Origin: Tricharina praecox
Lineage: Eukaryota
Reading direction: 5' to 3'
NCBI RefSeq assembly: GCF_024521635.1
Contig: NW_026250421.1
Span: forward strand, 186,001 to 250,000
Length of the DNA: 64,000 nucleotides
This document shows, one piece after another, positions 1-13,424 of this stretch. The notes under the pieces are model-generated. The model had not been told where the DNA came from and did not search any database. It worked only from the letters and a program-made list of their open reading frames with translations. Position numbers and translations under genes: made by a program. Every line of letters starts with the position of its first letter. Positions within the stretch are counted from its first letter, which is position 1.

Positions 1-3000
1 AGAGCGGAAGGAGGTTGTGTTGGACGACCTTGCCAGGGCAGAACCTGCTGTCGCGGAGGCTCAGCGCAGTGTCAAGAACATCAAGAAGACACATCTTACT
101 GAAGTCAGGGTCATGGGCAAGCCTCCTATCAACGTCCAACTCGCCATGCAGTCTGTCTGCACTCTGCTCGGCCACAAGGTCAACGTTTGGGGCGATGTTC
201 AGGCTATCATCCGTCGCGAGGACTTCATCTCTAGTATCGTCAACTTTGATAACGAGAAGCAGATGACCAAGAAACTTCGGCAGCAGATGCAAACCCAGTA
301 CCTGTCAAACCCATCGTACAACTTCGAGGCGATGAACCGCGCTTCCCAGGCCTGTGGGCCTTTGGTGCAGTGGGTGGAGGCGCAAGTCAACTACTCTGAG
401 ATCCTCGATCGTGTTGGGCCGTTGCGTGACGAGGTTACCCAGCTCGAGGAACAGGCTCTCCGGACCAAGGCCGAGGCGAAGGCCATGCAGGACACCATTT
501 TCGAACTGGAGAACAGTATTGGACGGTACAAGGAGGAATACGCGGCGCTTATCAGTGAGACTCAAGCTCTCAAGACGGAGATGAAGCGCGTGCAGTTCAA
601 GGTCGACCGCAGCGTGAAGCTCCTTGACAGTTTGTCATCCGAGAGAGTCCGTTGGGACGAGGGAAGTAAGTCGTTCGAGACCCAGATCGGTACGCTTGTT
701 GGCGACGTTCTGGTCTCTGCTGCTTTCCTTGCGTACAGTGGCCTCTACGATCAGCAGTACCGAAAAGCCATGACCGACGACTGGCTCAACCACCTCCACC
801 TTGCTGGCATCAAATTCAAGCAACACAATGCTGTGACCGAGTACCTGTCGACTGCAGATCAGCGTCTGGCATGGCAAGAGAACGGACTACCTGTGGACGA
901 TCTTTGCACCGAGAATGCTATCGTTCTGAACCGGTTCAACCGTTATCCTCTCATTATCGACCCGTCGGGTAGAGCTACAGAGTATCTGGCGAACGAAAAT
1001 AAGGAAAGGCGTCTCACCATCACGAGTTTCCTCGATGACTCCTTCACGAAGCAATTGGAAAGTTCGCTGCGTTTCGGAAACCCCATTCTCATTCAAGACG
1101 CCGAGCATCTGGACCCGATCCTAAACCATGTTCTCAACAAGGAGTACCAGAAGACAGGAGGGCGTGTTTTGATCCAGCTAGGAAAGCAGGAGATTGATTT
1201 CTCGCCGTCATTCCGTCTCTTCTTATCGACTCGGGATCCCTCCGCTTCGTTTGCTCCCGATGTGTGTAGTAGGACGACGTTCGTCAACTTTACAGTCACC
1301 CAGAGCAGCTTGCAGACTCAGTCCCTCAACCAGGTCTTGAAGTTTGAACGCCCGGACGTTGATCTGCGCAGAACGAACCTCATGAAGCTGCAGGGCGAAT
1401 TCAAGCTCCACTTGCGACAGCTCGAGAAGAGGTTGCTCCAGGCGCTGAACGAGTCCAGAGGAAATATCCTTGACGACGATCGGGTCATTGACACCCTGGA
1501 GACTCTCAAGACCGAGGCTGCGGAAGTCTCACGAAAGATGCAGGAGACTGACGGCGTCATGACGGAGGTTGAAACAATCACCAAGCAGTACCAGATCATT
1601 GCGAAGGCTTGCAGTTCGGTGTTTGCTGTTCTTGAGCAACTTCACCACCTGAACCACTTCTACCAGTTCTCTCTGCAGTTCTTCCTTGACATCTTCCATT
1701 CGGTTCTACACGATAATAAGAAGCTGGACGCTGAAAAGGATTACAACCGTCGTGTGGACATTATCCTGCGCGATCTTTACATTACAGCCTACCAGCGCAC
1801 TTCGATTGGTCTTCTCCAAAAGGATCGAGTCACTCTAGCCATGCTTCTCGCTAAGGCGTCTACGTACGAGATTGATCAGTCGTTGATTGACAGGATCTTA
1901 GACGAGCAGATGCCTGGAGTCGACGTGTCGACTGAGACTGAGCGTAGAGATGAGGTCATGGTCCGTGCTTCACTGCTTCCAATCTTCAAGGACAGGCTCC
2001 AGGACGTGAACACCGCGGCGTGGGATAGATTCCTGGAAGAGGAAAATGCGGAAGAATATGTGCCGGTTATCTGGGACGACAAACTTCCAAACATCGAACA
2101 GCAGCTGCACAAGCTTCTCGTCATCAAGCTCTTCAGGCTGGACCGTTTCGTCCCCGCGGCCGAGCAGTTCGTTGCCGTGGTATTCGGAAAGGACATTCTC
2201 GACACCACTGGAGACTTGAAGGAGGTTGTTTCTCAGGTGTCTTCCGCTACTCCCATTGCTCTCGCCTCATCCCCCGGATTCGACGCGAGTTACAAGGTTG
2301 AAGGACTGGTGGAACAAATGCGCGTCAACTGTACAAACATTGCCATGGGTTCCGCAGAGGGTGTCACTGCAGCCGACAAGGCCGTCAGTAACGCTGCCTC
2401 GTCCGGATCCTGGGTCTTGGTCAAGAACGTTCATCTCACTCCTACTTGGCTTCAGTCACTGGAGAAGCGTCTCGATGCTTTACGGCCGCATCCGAACTTC
2501 AGGCTATTCCTGTCGATGGAAACCTCGCCAAAGATTCCTATCAACCTCCTACGTACGTCTCGTGTTCTCATGTACGAGCAGCCTGCCGGTGTCAGGGCGA
2601 ATATGAAGGACTCTATGTCTTCACTGTCGACCCGACCTACGAAACAGCAGCCTGCCGAAAAGGCTCGTGTTTACTTGTTGCTCTCGTTCCTGCACGCTGT
2701 GGTTCAAGAGAGACTTCGATACGTGCCAAATCTGGGTTGGAAAGGCTTCTGGGAGTTCAATGACAGTGATGTTTGTAATCCCATAAACTCCTTTTGAAGT
2801 GTCACATGATTCTAATATCTTCTAGTACGAGTGTTCGGCATACATCATCGATACGTGGGTTGATCAAGCTGCACTAGGACGGACAAATATCGCACCTAGC
2901 AAGCTTCCTTGGGAAATGATCCGCACATTAATCACCGAAACATACGGAGGAAAAATTGACGATGAAGGCGATTTCGCGAAACTCCGGTCTCTAGTGCACT

Positions 3001-3263
3001 CGTTCTTCACTCCGGATGCTTTCAACTCGGACTTCAAGTTAGCCGATACCGAGACTCCACTATATGCGCCCGAGGGCGTCGGCATGGCGGAGTTTATGCG
3101 GTGGGTCAATGCTCTGCCAGAGAGAGAGCCACCCACGTATCTCGGCTTGCCGGCGAACGCGGAGAAGTTGTTGCTCGTCGATCACGGAAATGTCATGATC
3201 CGGAATTTGGAGACCGTTACCGGGATGTTGGAGGAAGGAGAGACCATGGCGAATGCGGCGTGA
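1..3263 (+). CDS. DYN1: Cytoplasmic dynein heavy chain, C-terminal part (stalk, AAA5, AAA6); 5' end lies outside the window; intron 2771-2825
   Basis: [12 protein letters not shown] stalk, [10 protein letters not shown] and [15 protein letters not shown] (AAA5), WVLVKNVHL and [10 protein letters not shown] (AAA6). The GT..AG intron joins EFNDSD to [11 protein letters not shown] and on into ORF 2916-3263. Confidence 0.97.
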
Positions 3264-3939
3264 GGCGGTGCGTTTGATGCGAGAAAGGGGCAGAGTGTGG
3301 CGTGGTAATTCGGAAAGGGTTTCTTGTGCGGAGTAGTGGGCTGTTGGGCTCTGGTCGCTTGCTTTTGGTTCGGGTAGTTTTGTGCCGTTGCTTCTACTTC
3401 ATTTCTTTCTCATTCGTTTTCTCGTTGCGGATGTACATCTCTTGCTGTAATTTCTTCACACCTTGGAGCTCGGCTGTAGGCACAGTAGACTTTCAAATGG
3501 AACAATTTCAGCTTGTAACTACCTCATCCATCCCGTGCCCGTTGTATCCATCATGTTCCATCGTATTCGCGCCGCTTATCTTTCCGGCGCCGGTCGGTCT
3601 TGTCCGATCTGGGTCGGACATTTGTCGGACCGCTGTTCACCGGGTTCATGTTTCGGGGGAAGTCGTGTGCTGGCGCTTGGCTTTTGCTCGTGACCGAAGA
3701 CAAGGTCACTGCAGTATGAGGTAACGGGTAGGTATAGAGAGGACTCGCCACGCTGCCTACGCTATGTACTCTGCCAGACCTTCTTCCCAGAAACTAGACT
3801 AAATCTTCAACTTCAAGCAACACCACGCCTCCACCACACTTCTCCACTGCCATTACCAACCATCGACCCCCTATACCAACGAACTCGCCACTCCCATCAG
3901 CGAATCTACATACGCATACCACATATCCAGACCGCAAAC

Positions 3940-5418
3940 ATGTTGTCCTGGGTTACGAAAGCTGCACAGTCGACGTATGTAACACCCCTCACGAGCTATT
4001 GGAGGGGGTGGAGGGGTGTGGTGGCGACAGATAGGGTCGGACAAGATAGATAGCATTCTCTGACACTCGCCGGTTTTTTGTTTGTTGCTTTAGACTATCT
4101 GCCGTCGCCGGCACCGCCGAACCCATCTATGGCCCCGAAGCGCTCCAGTCAGTCGCGAAGCAGGAGGACCTGAACCCGAAATACGAGGTCACAGACGACG
4201 ATGTGAAATGGCAGGCCCTCGAGAGCACATGTGCCGAGACTCAGACTTTCTATACCGAGACCGACGGCGGCCACTTTGTGATGCTTCAGATTATTTATTC
4301 AAATGTTTCGTGCGTTCTTCCCCTGCCTTGTGTTGAGAGGGCGAGGGCGAGGGAGCAGTAGAGCTTATACGATGGTGTATGTGCAGCAACATCCACATCA
4401 GCGCCCAACTCAACGTCAAGGTCTTTTTCCCCGATGGAAGGGTCCACTGGTCCGCGAAGACCATGACCGATTATGCCTTCGACCCGACGTTCCGGAGCTT
4501 CTTCGCCGGCGAGAACGGCGAAGACTTCAGTATTATCCTGAATGAGGCCGGTGACTCGTACCATATCAAGTCCAGGCTCGACCCGGAGGTGCTGGTCGAT
4601 GTTACTATCGATCGTAAGGTTGCCGGCTTCAAGGTCGGAAAGGATGCGAAGACGAACTACGGAGATGATCCTGCCAACCCGTGGGGTTGCATCCGGCATA
4701 TCTTCTGGCCCAAGAACAGGGCGTCCGGCACGGTCGAGGTCAAGGGAGAGAAGGTCGATGTCGCCGGAAAGAACATCTTTGTGATGGCACTCCAGGGAAT
4801 GAAGCCCCACCACGCCGGTACTTCTCTCTCTCTCATCTGGCCGGAATATTGCTTATACTCTTGCCCGTGACCAAAAGCTTGCAAGTGGAATTTCATCACG
4901 TTCCAGAGCGACAACGTGGCGGCCATCATGATGGAGTTCACCACACCTCCGTCGTACGGCAGCCAGACGGTCACCGTTGGCACAATCTTCAAGGATGGCG
5001 TGCTACTGCAAGGTACCACTACCGGAACCGTGGCCCACACGGCTACCAAGATGGACCCTGTTACGCAGTGGGAAGAGCCTACCGCGTTTAAGGTGGTCTG
5101 GAAGGGGAAGACCCAGGACGGCAAGGATACCGAGTCCGTGCTAGAGACCGACCTGAAACCGAAGCTTGACTGTGTGGACATCATGGCGGAGGTGCCGACC
5201 ATCATCAAGAAATTCGTGGCGGGTGCTGTCGGGACCCGGCCGTACATGTACCAGGTAGGCCCCTCACTTATCCACTCACTCACCCCACCCCATGCGATGT
5301 GAATGTGTGCTGACCGACTCTGTAGTACCGGCAAGAGGTGACTCTGAAGATCAAGGTCGGGGAGGAAGTGACTGAGGAGAAGGGAATGATGTTCTCAGAG
5401 GCCACTTTCATCTCTTAG
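3940..5418 (+). CDS. SVF1: Survival factor 1 (Svf1) family protein, about 5 exons
   Basis: Spliced reading MLSWVTKAAQST-LSAVAGTAEPIYGPEA...ETQTFY...RHIFWP...ALQGMKPHHA-ACKWNFITFQ...MEFTTPPSYG...GTRPYMYQ...FSEATFIS*. Confidence 0.9.
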
Positions 5419-6039
5419 ATGTGCCGTACGATAGCGGTTTGAACTGTATGTACGTTTTGCTATTGCGTCTGCGCAGTGTTTGTTGTATTTGCTTGCTTTT
5501 GCTTGCCCGTCTTTTTAGTTTCCCTCGCTCACGATGTTTTTCTTGAATTGCTTTTTGCAGGACGATATGACGACACGAGTGCTCTACTTTGTTACTCGGC
5601 CAATCTAGGCTCATATGGCTGGCTTTGCTTTTTTTTTTGCTTATAGGCATTCTTATAATTGCTACTACACCACTCTTCTTTGTCTGTAACTTGGAAATAA
5701 TAATTGGATTCATTTTTGCTTAAACTTTGAACAGGAGCGGGCATCGGGAAGTATCTGTCAAAGGCTATCGTTAGTGGGCGGAATGCGGAGATGCCGAGCC
5801 CGAAACTCGCTAGGACTCTAGGTTTCGCTCGCTCGTTCGCTCGCTCTTTCGCTATCGCGTCGAAAACGTGATGTTCGCTTAGATATGGTAGCCGGAATCC
5901 TAAGCACGTGATCCCACAGGGCAGCGGGACCTCGCGTCGCCTCCCATTTATCCTCTCCCTCCCCCTCCCTCCCCGCGCCACCCCGCAACACGCGACTCAC
6001 GACATCCACCACCCATCACTCACCACCACCCACTACAAG

Positions 6040-6698
6040 ATGTCCCAATACAAGCGTCCGACGGGCGGAACGATGTTCTCACGCGACCGGCCGGCCTCTG
6101 GTAGCGCCGGCGGCGGCAGCGGCCCGACCAGCAGCAGCGCGGCGAGCAGCAGCACCGGCGCGGGCGCCATCACGAGCGCCGGCGGCAAGGTCTTTGGTAA
6201 GGATATGGGCCGCGGCTTCAAGCGCGGACCGGTGCTCAAGAGGCGGCGCAAGCTGATGAAGGATACTATTCACGGCATCACCAAGTCGGACATTCGGTGA
6301 GTCTTTCCTTCCGTTGCTGGGACCGGTGGGAGATGGGGAAGGTGGGGAAGGTGCGGGCTGATATGGTTGTGGACACAGCCGTCTGGCAAGGAGGGGCGGC
6401 GTCAAGAGGCTTTCAGCGGAGATCTACGATGAGGGCAGAATTGCGCTTAGGGATTACTTGACCAAGGTAGGTGTGGTCGCATCGTTGGTTGGTTGGTTGT
6501 GAAGAAGGGAGGCTGATGTGCTCCTCCAGGTCCTTAGAGACTGCGTCATCTACTGCGAACACTCTAACCGCAAGACTGTGACGGTGTTCGATGTGATCCA
6601 CTCTCTGCAGCGCATCGGCAAGCCCGTTTACGGTATGTTACTCTCTTCCTCAGCGAGTGAGCTGCGCTGACTTTGGGGTCGAAGGATTCGGTGCTTAG
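6040..6698 (+). CDS. Divergent histone H4 variant, 153 aa; exons 6040-6296, 6379-6466, 6530-6632, 6685-6698
   Basis: Spliced product contains GITKSDIRRLARRGGVKRLS...VLRDCVIYCEHSNRKTVTVFDVIHSLQRIGKPVYGFGA*. Exon lengths sum to 462 nt, in frame. Confidence 0.92.
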
Positions 6699-7279
6699 GT
6701 AAACTTCCTTTGTCCTTTCTTGTCTAGCGTTCGGGTCACTCCAACTGCGATTTCTCCTTTCCCCCTACCTTTCTTGAACGGTCCAAACATCTGGTGTGCG
6801 TTTTCCTAGGTCTCTACGTGTGTGTCTTTTGCTTGCTTTCTCCATGGTTGCGCTGTTTTGTGGACGAGTTTTCTTGTTCGGTCATTGGCGTTTGCGTTGG
6901 TGTAGGTATTGCTTCGATTTCGGGCCCTCCATAAGGAGCGATGGTTCATCTGTTCGCGCATCAGTATGCGGGTGGGTAACGATTGTGTTGGATGATGTCC
7001 GCTGCGTGGCCGAGGTTCCGAGGACGGCGCAGCAGCAGGATACTTCTTACCGTACAAATGCTGCTCAACGTGCTGTATGTTGTGAATTTAGCGTGTCACC
7101 GACTACGACTCGTGGCGTGGACAACGTTCCCGCAGCAACCTTCGCGACACCTCGCTGCCACGCCCACCATAATCCCGAGTCTCCGAGCTTCCAGTCGAGT
7201 TTGGATATCGAGCTCAGCTCAGCTCAGCCCAGCTCGCTATCCTTGCCCGTCAACCTTCCCCACACATACCTACCATACG

Positions 7280-7930
7280 ATGTCCGCCCCACCCGCAGCA
7301 CCACCCGCAGCACCACCACCAGCACCAGCACTCATCTCTCAGCACACCACAGCATCATCCTTCCTCCTGAGCGCGCTGCACTCTTCCACGCCGTGCACAC
7401 TGCTAATCTGCAGCGCGCGCGATGTATTCCGACAGCGCCTCTCCCCCTCATTCGCCGCTACGCTCCCAACACTCGCCCACCTCCGCGGCGGCCAGCACAC
7501 GGCCGTGGTCTTCCTGCCTAGCATTCTGCACGTGCGCACGTACCTCGCCTCCCTCTCCTCCTCCCTGGCACATGGGGCGGGGGAGTTAAGAGTCTGGGGC
7601 CTCATCTCGGCGCACGCGGAAACGAGCGAGTTCTCGGCGCAGGGGGTGGGGCGGACACTCGCGGCGCTGGTGGAGGTGGGAAGGCGCGCGGGCGCGGGCG
7701 TGGTGATTGCGGAGGAGGGAGAGGCCTGGTGGGAGACGGAGTTGTCCGTGTTGAATGCGAGTGCCAGTGGGAGGCTGGATAGGTTGGGGGTTGTCGCTGG
7801 GAGGACGGTGGGGCTGGGGAAGGTGCTGGGGAGGTGGTTTGATTTTGAGGAGGGGTGTGAGGGCGAGGGGGTGGAGGGGGAGGGGGGAGAGGAGCAGGAG
7901 GAGTGGGAGGGGGAGAGTGATGGGTTGTGA
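7280..7930 (+). CDS. Conserved fungal protein, possibly a degenerate RecA-fold Shu-complex (SWSAP1/Shu1-like) subunit
   Basis: Intronless ORF from ATG 7280. Alternating beta/alpha pattern TLLICSAR...VVFLPSILHVRTYL...LRVWGL...SEFSAQGVGRTLAALVE...VLGRWFDF, acidic tail. The family call is inference. Confidence 0.6.
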   Translation: MSAPPAAPPAAPPPAPALISQHTTASSFLLSALHSSTPCTLLICSARDVFRQRLSPSFAATLPTLAHLRGGQHTAVVFLPSILHVRTYLASLSSSLAHGAGELRVWGLISAHAETSEFSAQGVGRTLAALVEVGRRAGAGVVIAEEGEAWWETELSVLNASASGRLDRLGVVAGRTVGLGKVLGRWFDFEEGCEGEGVEGEGGEEQEEWEGESDGL

Positions 7931-10472
7931 GGCGGTGATGTTCGTATTCGCGAATCGGGGGGGTGGGACACTCTACTGGTATCTAGCTGTGTAGTTCAGC
8001 TACCTAGAGCGATGCAAGGCATGGCGCATGGTTGAGACTTGAGTTCTGGGAATAAATCCCTACATGACCTACATAGACTCGACATAGATTCTCCATGGAG
8101 CCTAGAGTACCTGTCCAATGTCTACCCAGTCATGATGCATTCCCCTCCGGGCCCCTCGGGCAGTGGCGATGAATCATCATGAGCTCAGTACATCACAGAT
8201 TAGGTCCTCCACCAGCCTTCTCTTTACGTCTTTACGTCTTTACGACGAAGTTCGAACATCCGGAGACTCGGACTCTGGGCATCTAGATGTCGATTAGCTG
8301 TGGGAATTCCTCAGATATAGTACTGACTTGGGCACCTGGGGCAACTGGGACACCCCAGGCACATGCTACCTATGGTATGTATGATACATACCGTATCTAT
8401 CTGCGGAGAACAATCGATAGCGATACCCACCTAGATAGTTGCCTCCGCTCTAGTTACTGTTTACAGTAGGTATCTCCCGGCTCCGTTTCCTTTTTCTTTT
8501 CTTCACGTTTCGTTTCGCCGCGTTTTCCCCTCCCCCCACGTTACGCAAAGAAAAGAAAGGAAGAAAAGAAAGGAAGAAAGTGAATTTTTCCAATTGATCC
8601 GGGGCGGTACGGGTGGGTGGGTTTGCTGCCGGCATATCCGACCCGGTGGGTGGATGTGGATGTTCATGCAAGGAAAGCGGAAAGAATAGAATGCACGAAG
8701 CGGAGCGAAGGGAAGGAATATCATAGATATGATCTGTTTGTATGATGGGTACATATAGGTGCACTGCGCGGGCTTGCCCCTCTTCTTCAGCTGCTTCTTC
8801 AGCTTCTTCTTTTTTTCGGAGTATTGGGAAGGGGGGAGGGGGGAGGAGGGGAGGGGGATGCCCCACCCTCCCTCCCTGCGTAATGTACCTATGGTAGGTA
8901 CCTGCTCCATGCGTACATCAGATGTGAGGTCACTACTACTCTACACACCTAGGTGAAACGAGATGGAGAGGGCAGAAATGAATTGAATGGAGATAACTGT
9001 GAAGATTCTGGAAGCGTGGCTGATAAGAAGAAGAGGAGTTCGATATCTACGCACGTGTGTGAAGGAAGGAAGGAAGGGAGGAGGGGGCGAAGGGGCGAAA
9101 GGAGAGCACAGAGCTTGCGCACGAACACACGCACGAGCTAGAGCTCATCTCTGCTCCCATCATCATCAAACCGTCGTCGCCGTCGACGTCGTCCGTACTT
9201 ACATTATTTACTGCACATCGACGCTAAGCTGAGCAGCTTGCTCTAGAATAGATATCGTAGCTCTGCATTTTTCATGATTTTTCTTGCTTTCTGTTTGCGG
9301 ATGATGATGTCTTCTTTGCGTTTCGCCTGCTGTTGTGCTATCCGGAATTAAGGCGGATATAGGTTAGTAGGCAAGAAGGTATTCTCGACTCGAGACCGTT
9401 TCCCGCACCGGCAACGGGACCGGAACCAGTAGCGGCAGCCGCGCGTCAATAGGCACCGGTAGTGTGTTCTGGCGTCTGAGTGGTGGGCCGGCGGAGAGAG
9501 TTCAGTCCGAGCTTCCGTAAAGTGTGCAGTGCGGTGGCTGAGAGCTTGTGCCTGTGCCTGCCTGTGCCTGTGCTTGTGCTTCTGCCTGTGCTCATCGTGC
9601 TCGTGCCATTCCTTGACGGCTGCTGCGATTGCGTGGACTGATGATGATGGACGGATGATGAACGGGTGGAGGGGATGAATTCGGCGCTGGGTGAATTGCA
9701 ATGGAGGATTTCGAGGGGGTGGGTGGGGAGGGAGCGAAGGCTTTTCTAGCATGACAGTGGTTCGGAGTCGGCGAGACAGCCGGCCAGCCAGCCAGGCGAG
9801 GCGAGGCAGCGCTGCATTTCGTATCCGACCCGTCGTATCCGTTCTCCTTCTCAGTTGCGTTGCGTTGTTGCGTTGCGTTGCTTGACTCTTCTCCTCACAA
9901 CCTCGCCGCCCACCCACCCCCCAAACACCCACAACCTACCACTCCTTCCCGACCCACTCCCTTCGAGACACCAATCTAACCAAACCAAACATTTCCCTTG
10001 CTCTCGCCTCCTCTTCTCACTATTCGCGACGATCAGCTCTCCAGGGAACATCCCATCCCCACGCTCCACACTCCGTCCGTTTGTTCATTGGGCCAGCGTG
10101 AGAACTACCAGCAGCAGCAGCAGCCCTCTCCTCCCCCCCACACTCGGAAGAAACTGGATCCCTTTCCACCCGCACTTAGTCACATCGATATCACCATACT
10201 TTCGCACCTACATACCGAATACATGAACACCATCTTGCATCGCCCCCCCCACACTCCTCACGCATAAGGCTTCCCGCGACTGCAACTGCGACTCCGACAC
10301 CAATCGGGGATCAACCGCCTCCGCTACTGCCACCACTACTGCCACTACTGTTACTATCACTACTACTACCGCTGTCACAGTCTGCTCAAGACGCCGATAA
10401 GTCAGGGATTATACAGCGGGAAAAGCGCGAACGATATTAGAAACGAAAGGAGAAAAGATAGAGAGAGAAGCA

Positions 10473-12881
10473 ATGGCATCTGAAATGAGCAACATCACGA
10501 ATGGAGGGAGGGAGGAGCTGGCGGAATTGGGAGGAGCTCATAAGAAAACAACCGTCCACTTCAGCAGTGGAGAGCCAGTCCGGATTCCAGTTTCAATCGT
10601 TTCGTCGGAGCTTGAACCGGGACCAGATGCAGATGTTTCAGCACAGCATCATCGACAACAGCTAGACAGACTGACGGATAGTTTGTCGGCTTCGCTGCAA
10701 CAGCAAAGACTCACGCACCCGGACTTTCAGCCTTTCTCCCTGCCGCCGTCCCGGGTGAGTTACTGCACCCCTCATCCCCCTCCACCCCCCCCCCCCCCCC
10801 CCCCGCGCCCCTCGTGCTCTCGTATTGCATCATTCGGTGCCGCATTATGCCGGTGACCCATGTGCGTGGGTGCGCGGCGTGCGTGAGCCGGAGTGCGGTC
10901 CGGAGTTTGCTATAACATTACCTCCCCCCCACCGTCATCCTATTTGGGATGACTTCAGGCTGACCGTTCGACTCCTCAAAACTCTAGGCTCCCTCAAGAG
11001 ACAATACCATCACTCCGGATTCACCTCGAAAGAACATGAACTCCCCGCCATTGACGCCCGCGTCGACTCAAGATCGTCCGCCGTTCCGCCAGTCTCGGTC
11101 CGATGACTATCGTTCGACGCTCCAACCATCACGGCACCCTGGAGCCGATCCGAACACAATGACCCCTCAGACCTCTCCACCACGGTTGGGCACCGGGACG
11201 CTGACTCCCAAAGGCCTCGTGTCTGGCACAAATTCACCTGCCTCTTCGAGACCGGTATCGGCGCATTCCGTGCAAGGCCGAACCCCCACATTCACTATAG
11301 GGCCGGCGGACTTCACTGTATCGTCGCCGTCGGAGTACGGAGACAGCCCGGGGGGTACGCCTACCGGATCCGGTTCTCGCTCGGGAGCTACCACGCCCAT
11401 CCACCATCACCCTCCTTCGCGGCCATTCACACCGGCACCGGACCCAGATGACCCTTATGCGCGACACAAGAGGCCCCCTCAGTCCAAGAGGGTGGAGGAT
11501 ATCGAGCCGCGGTTCAAGTTCTCTAAAACCCGTCAGAGTCACTCCAGCACGAATCTGTCAGCGATGGGCCATGAAAAGGACAAGAAGCATCACCACTCGC
11601 ACCTATCCCTTACCGCGCTGGCCAAGGGCGAAGACCGTGGTCTCGGATCGAAGAAGTCGTCGATGGGCGATCTGAGGAGGTTCTTCAAGGGTACTAAGAA
11701 GAGGTCGTCGTCACCGAGCGCTAGCTCCACCCATAGTTCGAAGAGCTCGACGCCTGGGGGAGCTGCCCCGTTCGCAGACGACCAAGGATTGAACAAGAAA
11801 TACGGAAAGTTTGGGAGGGTGTTAGGATCGGGAGCTGGAGGCTCGGTGAGACTGATGAAGCGGTCGAGTGACGGTGTTACGTTCGCCGTCAAGGAGTTCC
11901 GCCCCAGACACTCGTACGAGTCGGAACGGGAATACGCCAAGAAGGTCACTGCCGAGTTCTGTATCGGCTCCACACTGCACCATGGAAACATCGTCGAAAC
12001 GCTGGACATTATCCATGAGCGGGGACGTTGGTATGAGGTCATGGAATACTGCCCGTTCGATCTGTTCGCTACCGTCATGACGGGCAAGATGTCGAAAGAG
12101 GAGGTGGCTTGCAGTTTCATGCAGATCGTGAGCGGTGTTACATTCCTGCATTCCATGGGTCTTGCCCACAGAGATCTCAAGTTGGACAATGTTGTCATCA
12201 GTGAGCATGGCATCCTCAAGATTATCGACTTTGGCAGTGCAAGTGTCTTCCGATATCCATTCGAGAACGGTATCGTTGAAGCACACGGTATGTTTCATCC
12301 GTCCACGAGTGCTCGTCAGATACTGATATGTTTCGATAGGCATTGTCGGCTCCGACCCATATCTTGCGCCCGAGGTGTGTAACGAGCTCAAGTATGATCC
12401 GCAGCCAGCCGATATCTGGTCCCTCGCCATCATCTTCTGCTGTATGACACTACGCCGCTTCCCGTGGAAAGCTCCGCGCCAATCCGACAACTCGTTCCGC
12501 CTGTTCGCCGCCACGCCCGATCCGGTGTCCGCTTCAGCAACGCCTGAGATTGAAGGAACTGCCGCAAACCCGTCGCCGAAAGATGTGCAGGGTGCCGGAG
12601 CCGGACCCCATGCGCCCAAGGGCCCCAACCGCTTGCTTAGGATCCTGCCGCGGGAATCCCGGCATATCATTGGACGTATGCTGGAGCTTAAACCGGAGAA
12701 GCGGGCCACGCTGGAGGAAATCTGGAACGATGAGTGGATCCAGTCGATCGACTACTGTCGGCAGGAGCAGGCCACCATTATCCGCGCCGGCAACCACACG
12801 CACGTCCTCGAAAGCCAGCCTCAAGATACCAAGGAGACTGCGCGCAAGAAGAGCCAGGAGTCTCGCAAGTCGACGAAATAG
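10473..12881 (+). CDS. Ser/Thr protein kinase, Hal4/Sat4 (Npr/Hal) family; introns about 10755-10987 and 12288-12340
   Basis: [48 protein letters not shown], spliced [19 protein letters not shown]. Confidence 0.93.
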
Positions 12882-13424
12882 AATAGCGTTCGGTATTGTG
12901 TGAAGGCTCTTTCTCCTTTGTCGTCTTAGAGTTGCAGCGGGTCTCCTTCTCGTTCTCATTTGTCGCTTTCTGGTATGGTCTGGCTGTTTTGGGACGGGGG
13001 TTTAGATAATTTTTTCCTTCTCATTTCTCATTTCTCTTGCGTACAACATCTTTGGTATTAGATGATTGGTGCAAATGATGCATCATGGTGGGGGTTTGGT
13101 ATATGGTACACATTCTTCACTAAGATGAGAACTCTTTTCATTGCATTTCATATCCTAGTGTTTCTGATATCAGTTCTTCTTTTTCTTTGCTTTGATTCTA
13201 CCACTGTATATGCCGTTGCTTGGGAAAGGGATTTCGTTTTTGTATGTAGATGTGTGTGTGGGTGGGGTGGGATGGCTCGGGATAGAGGAATCTACTATTA
13301 GATGGATGATTTCGTGGCGTGGATGTCGAATCATGGAATATCACACTTAGCCACGACCCATTGCCGAAGCAGACATTGGGCCGAACCAGGATCGAACACC
13401 AACCGCGACCCAACTGTATCCAAG

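Noticed and set aside
11590..12709. Long antisense ORFs over the kinase (similar ones over UTP17, SPT5, NUP49)
   Set aside because: These are expected shadows of GC-rich codon usage on the real coding strand.
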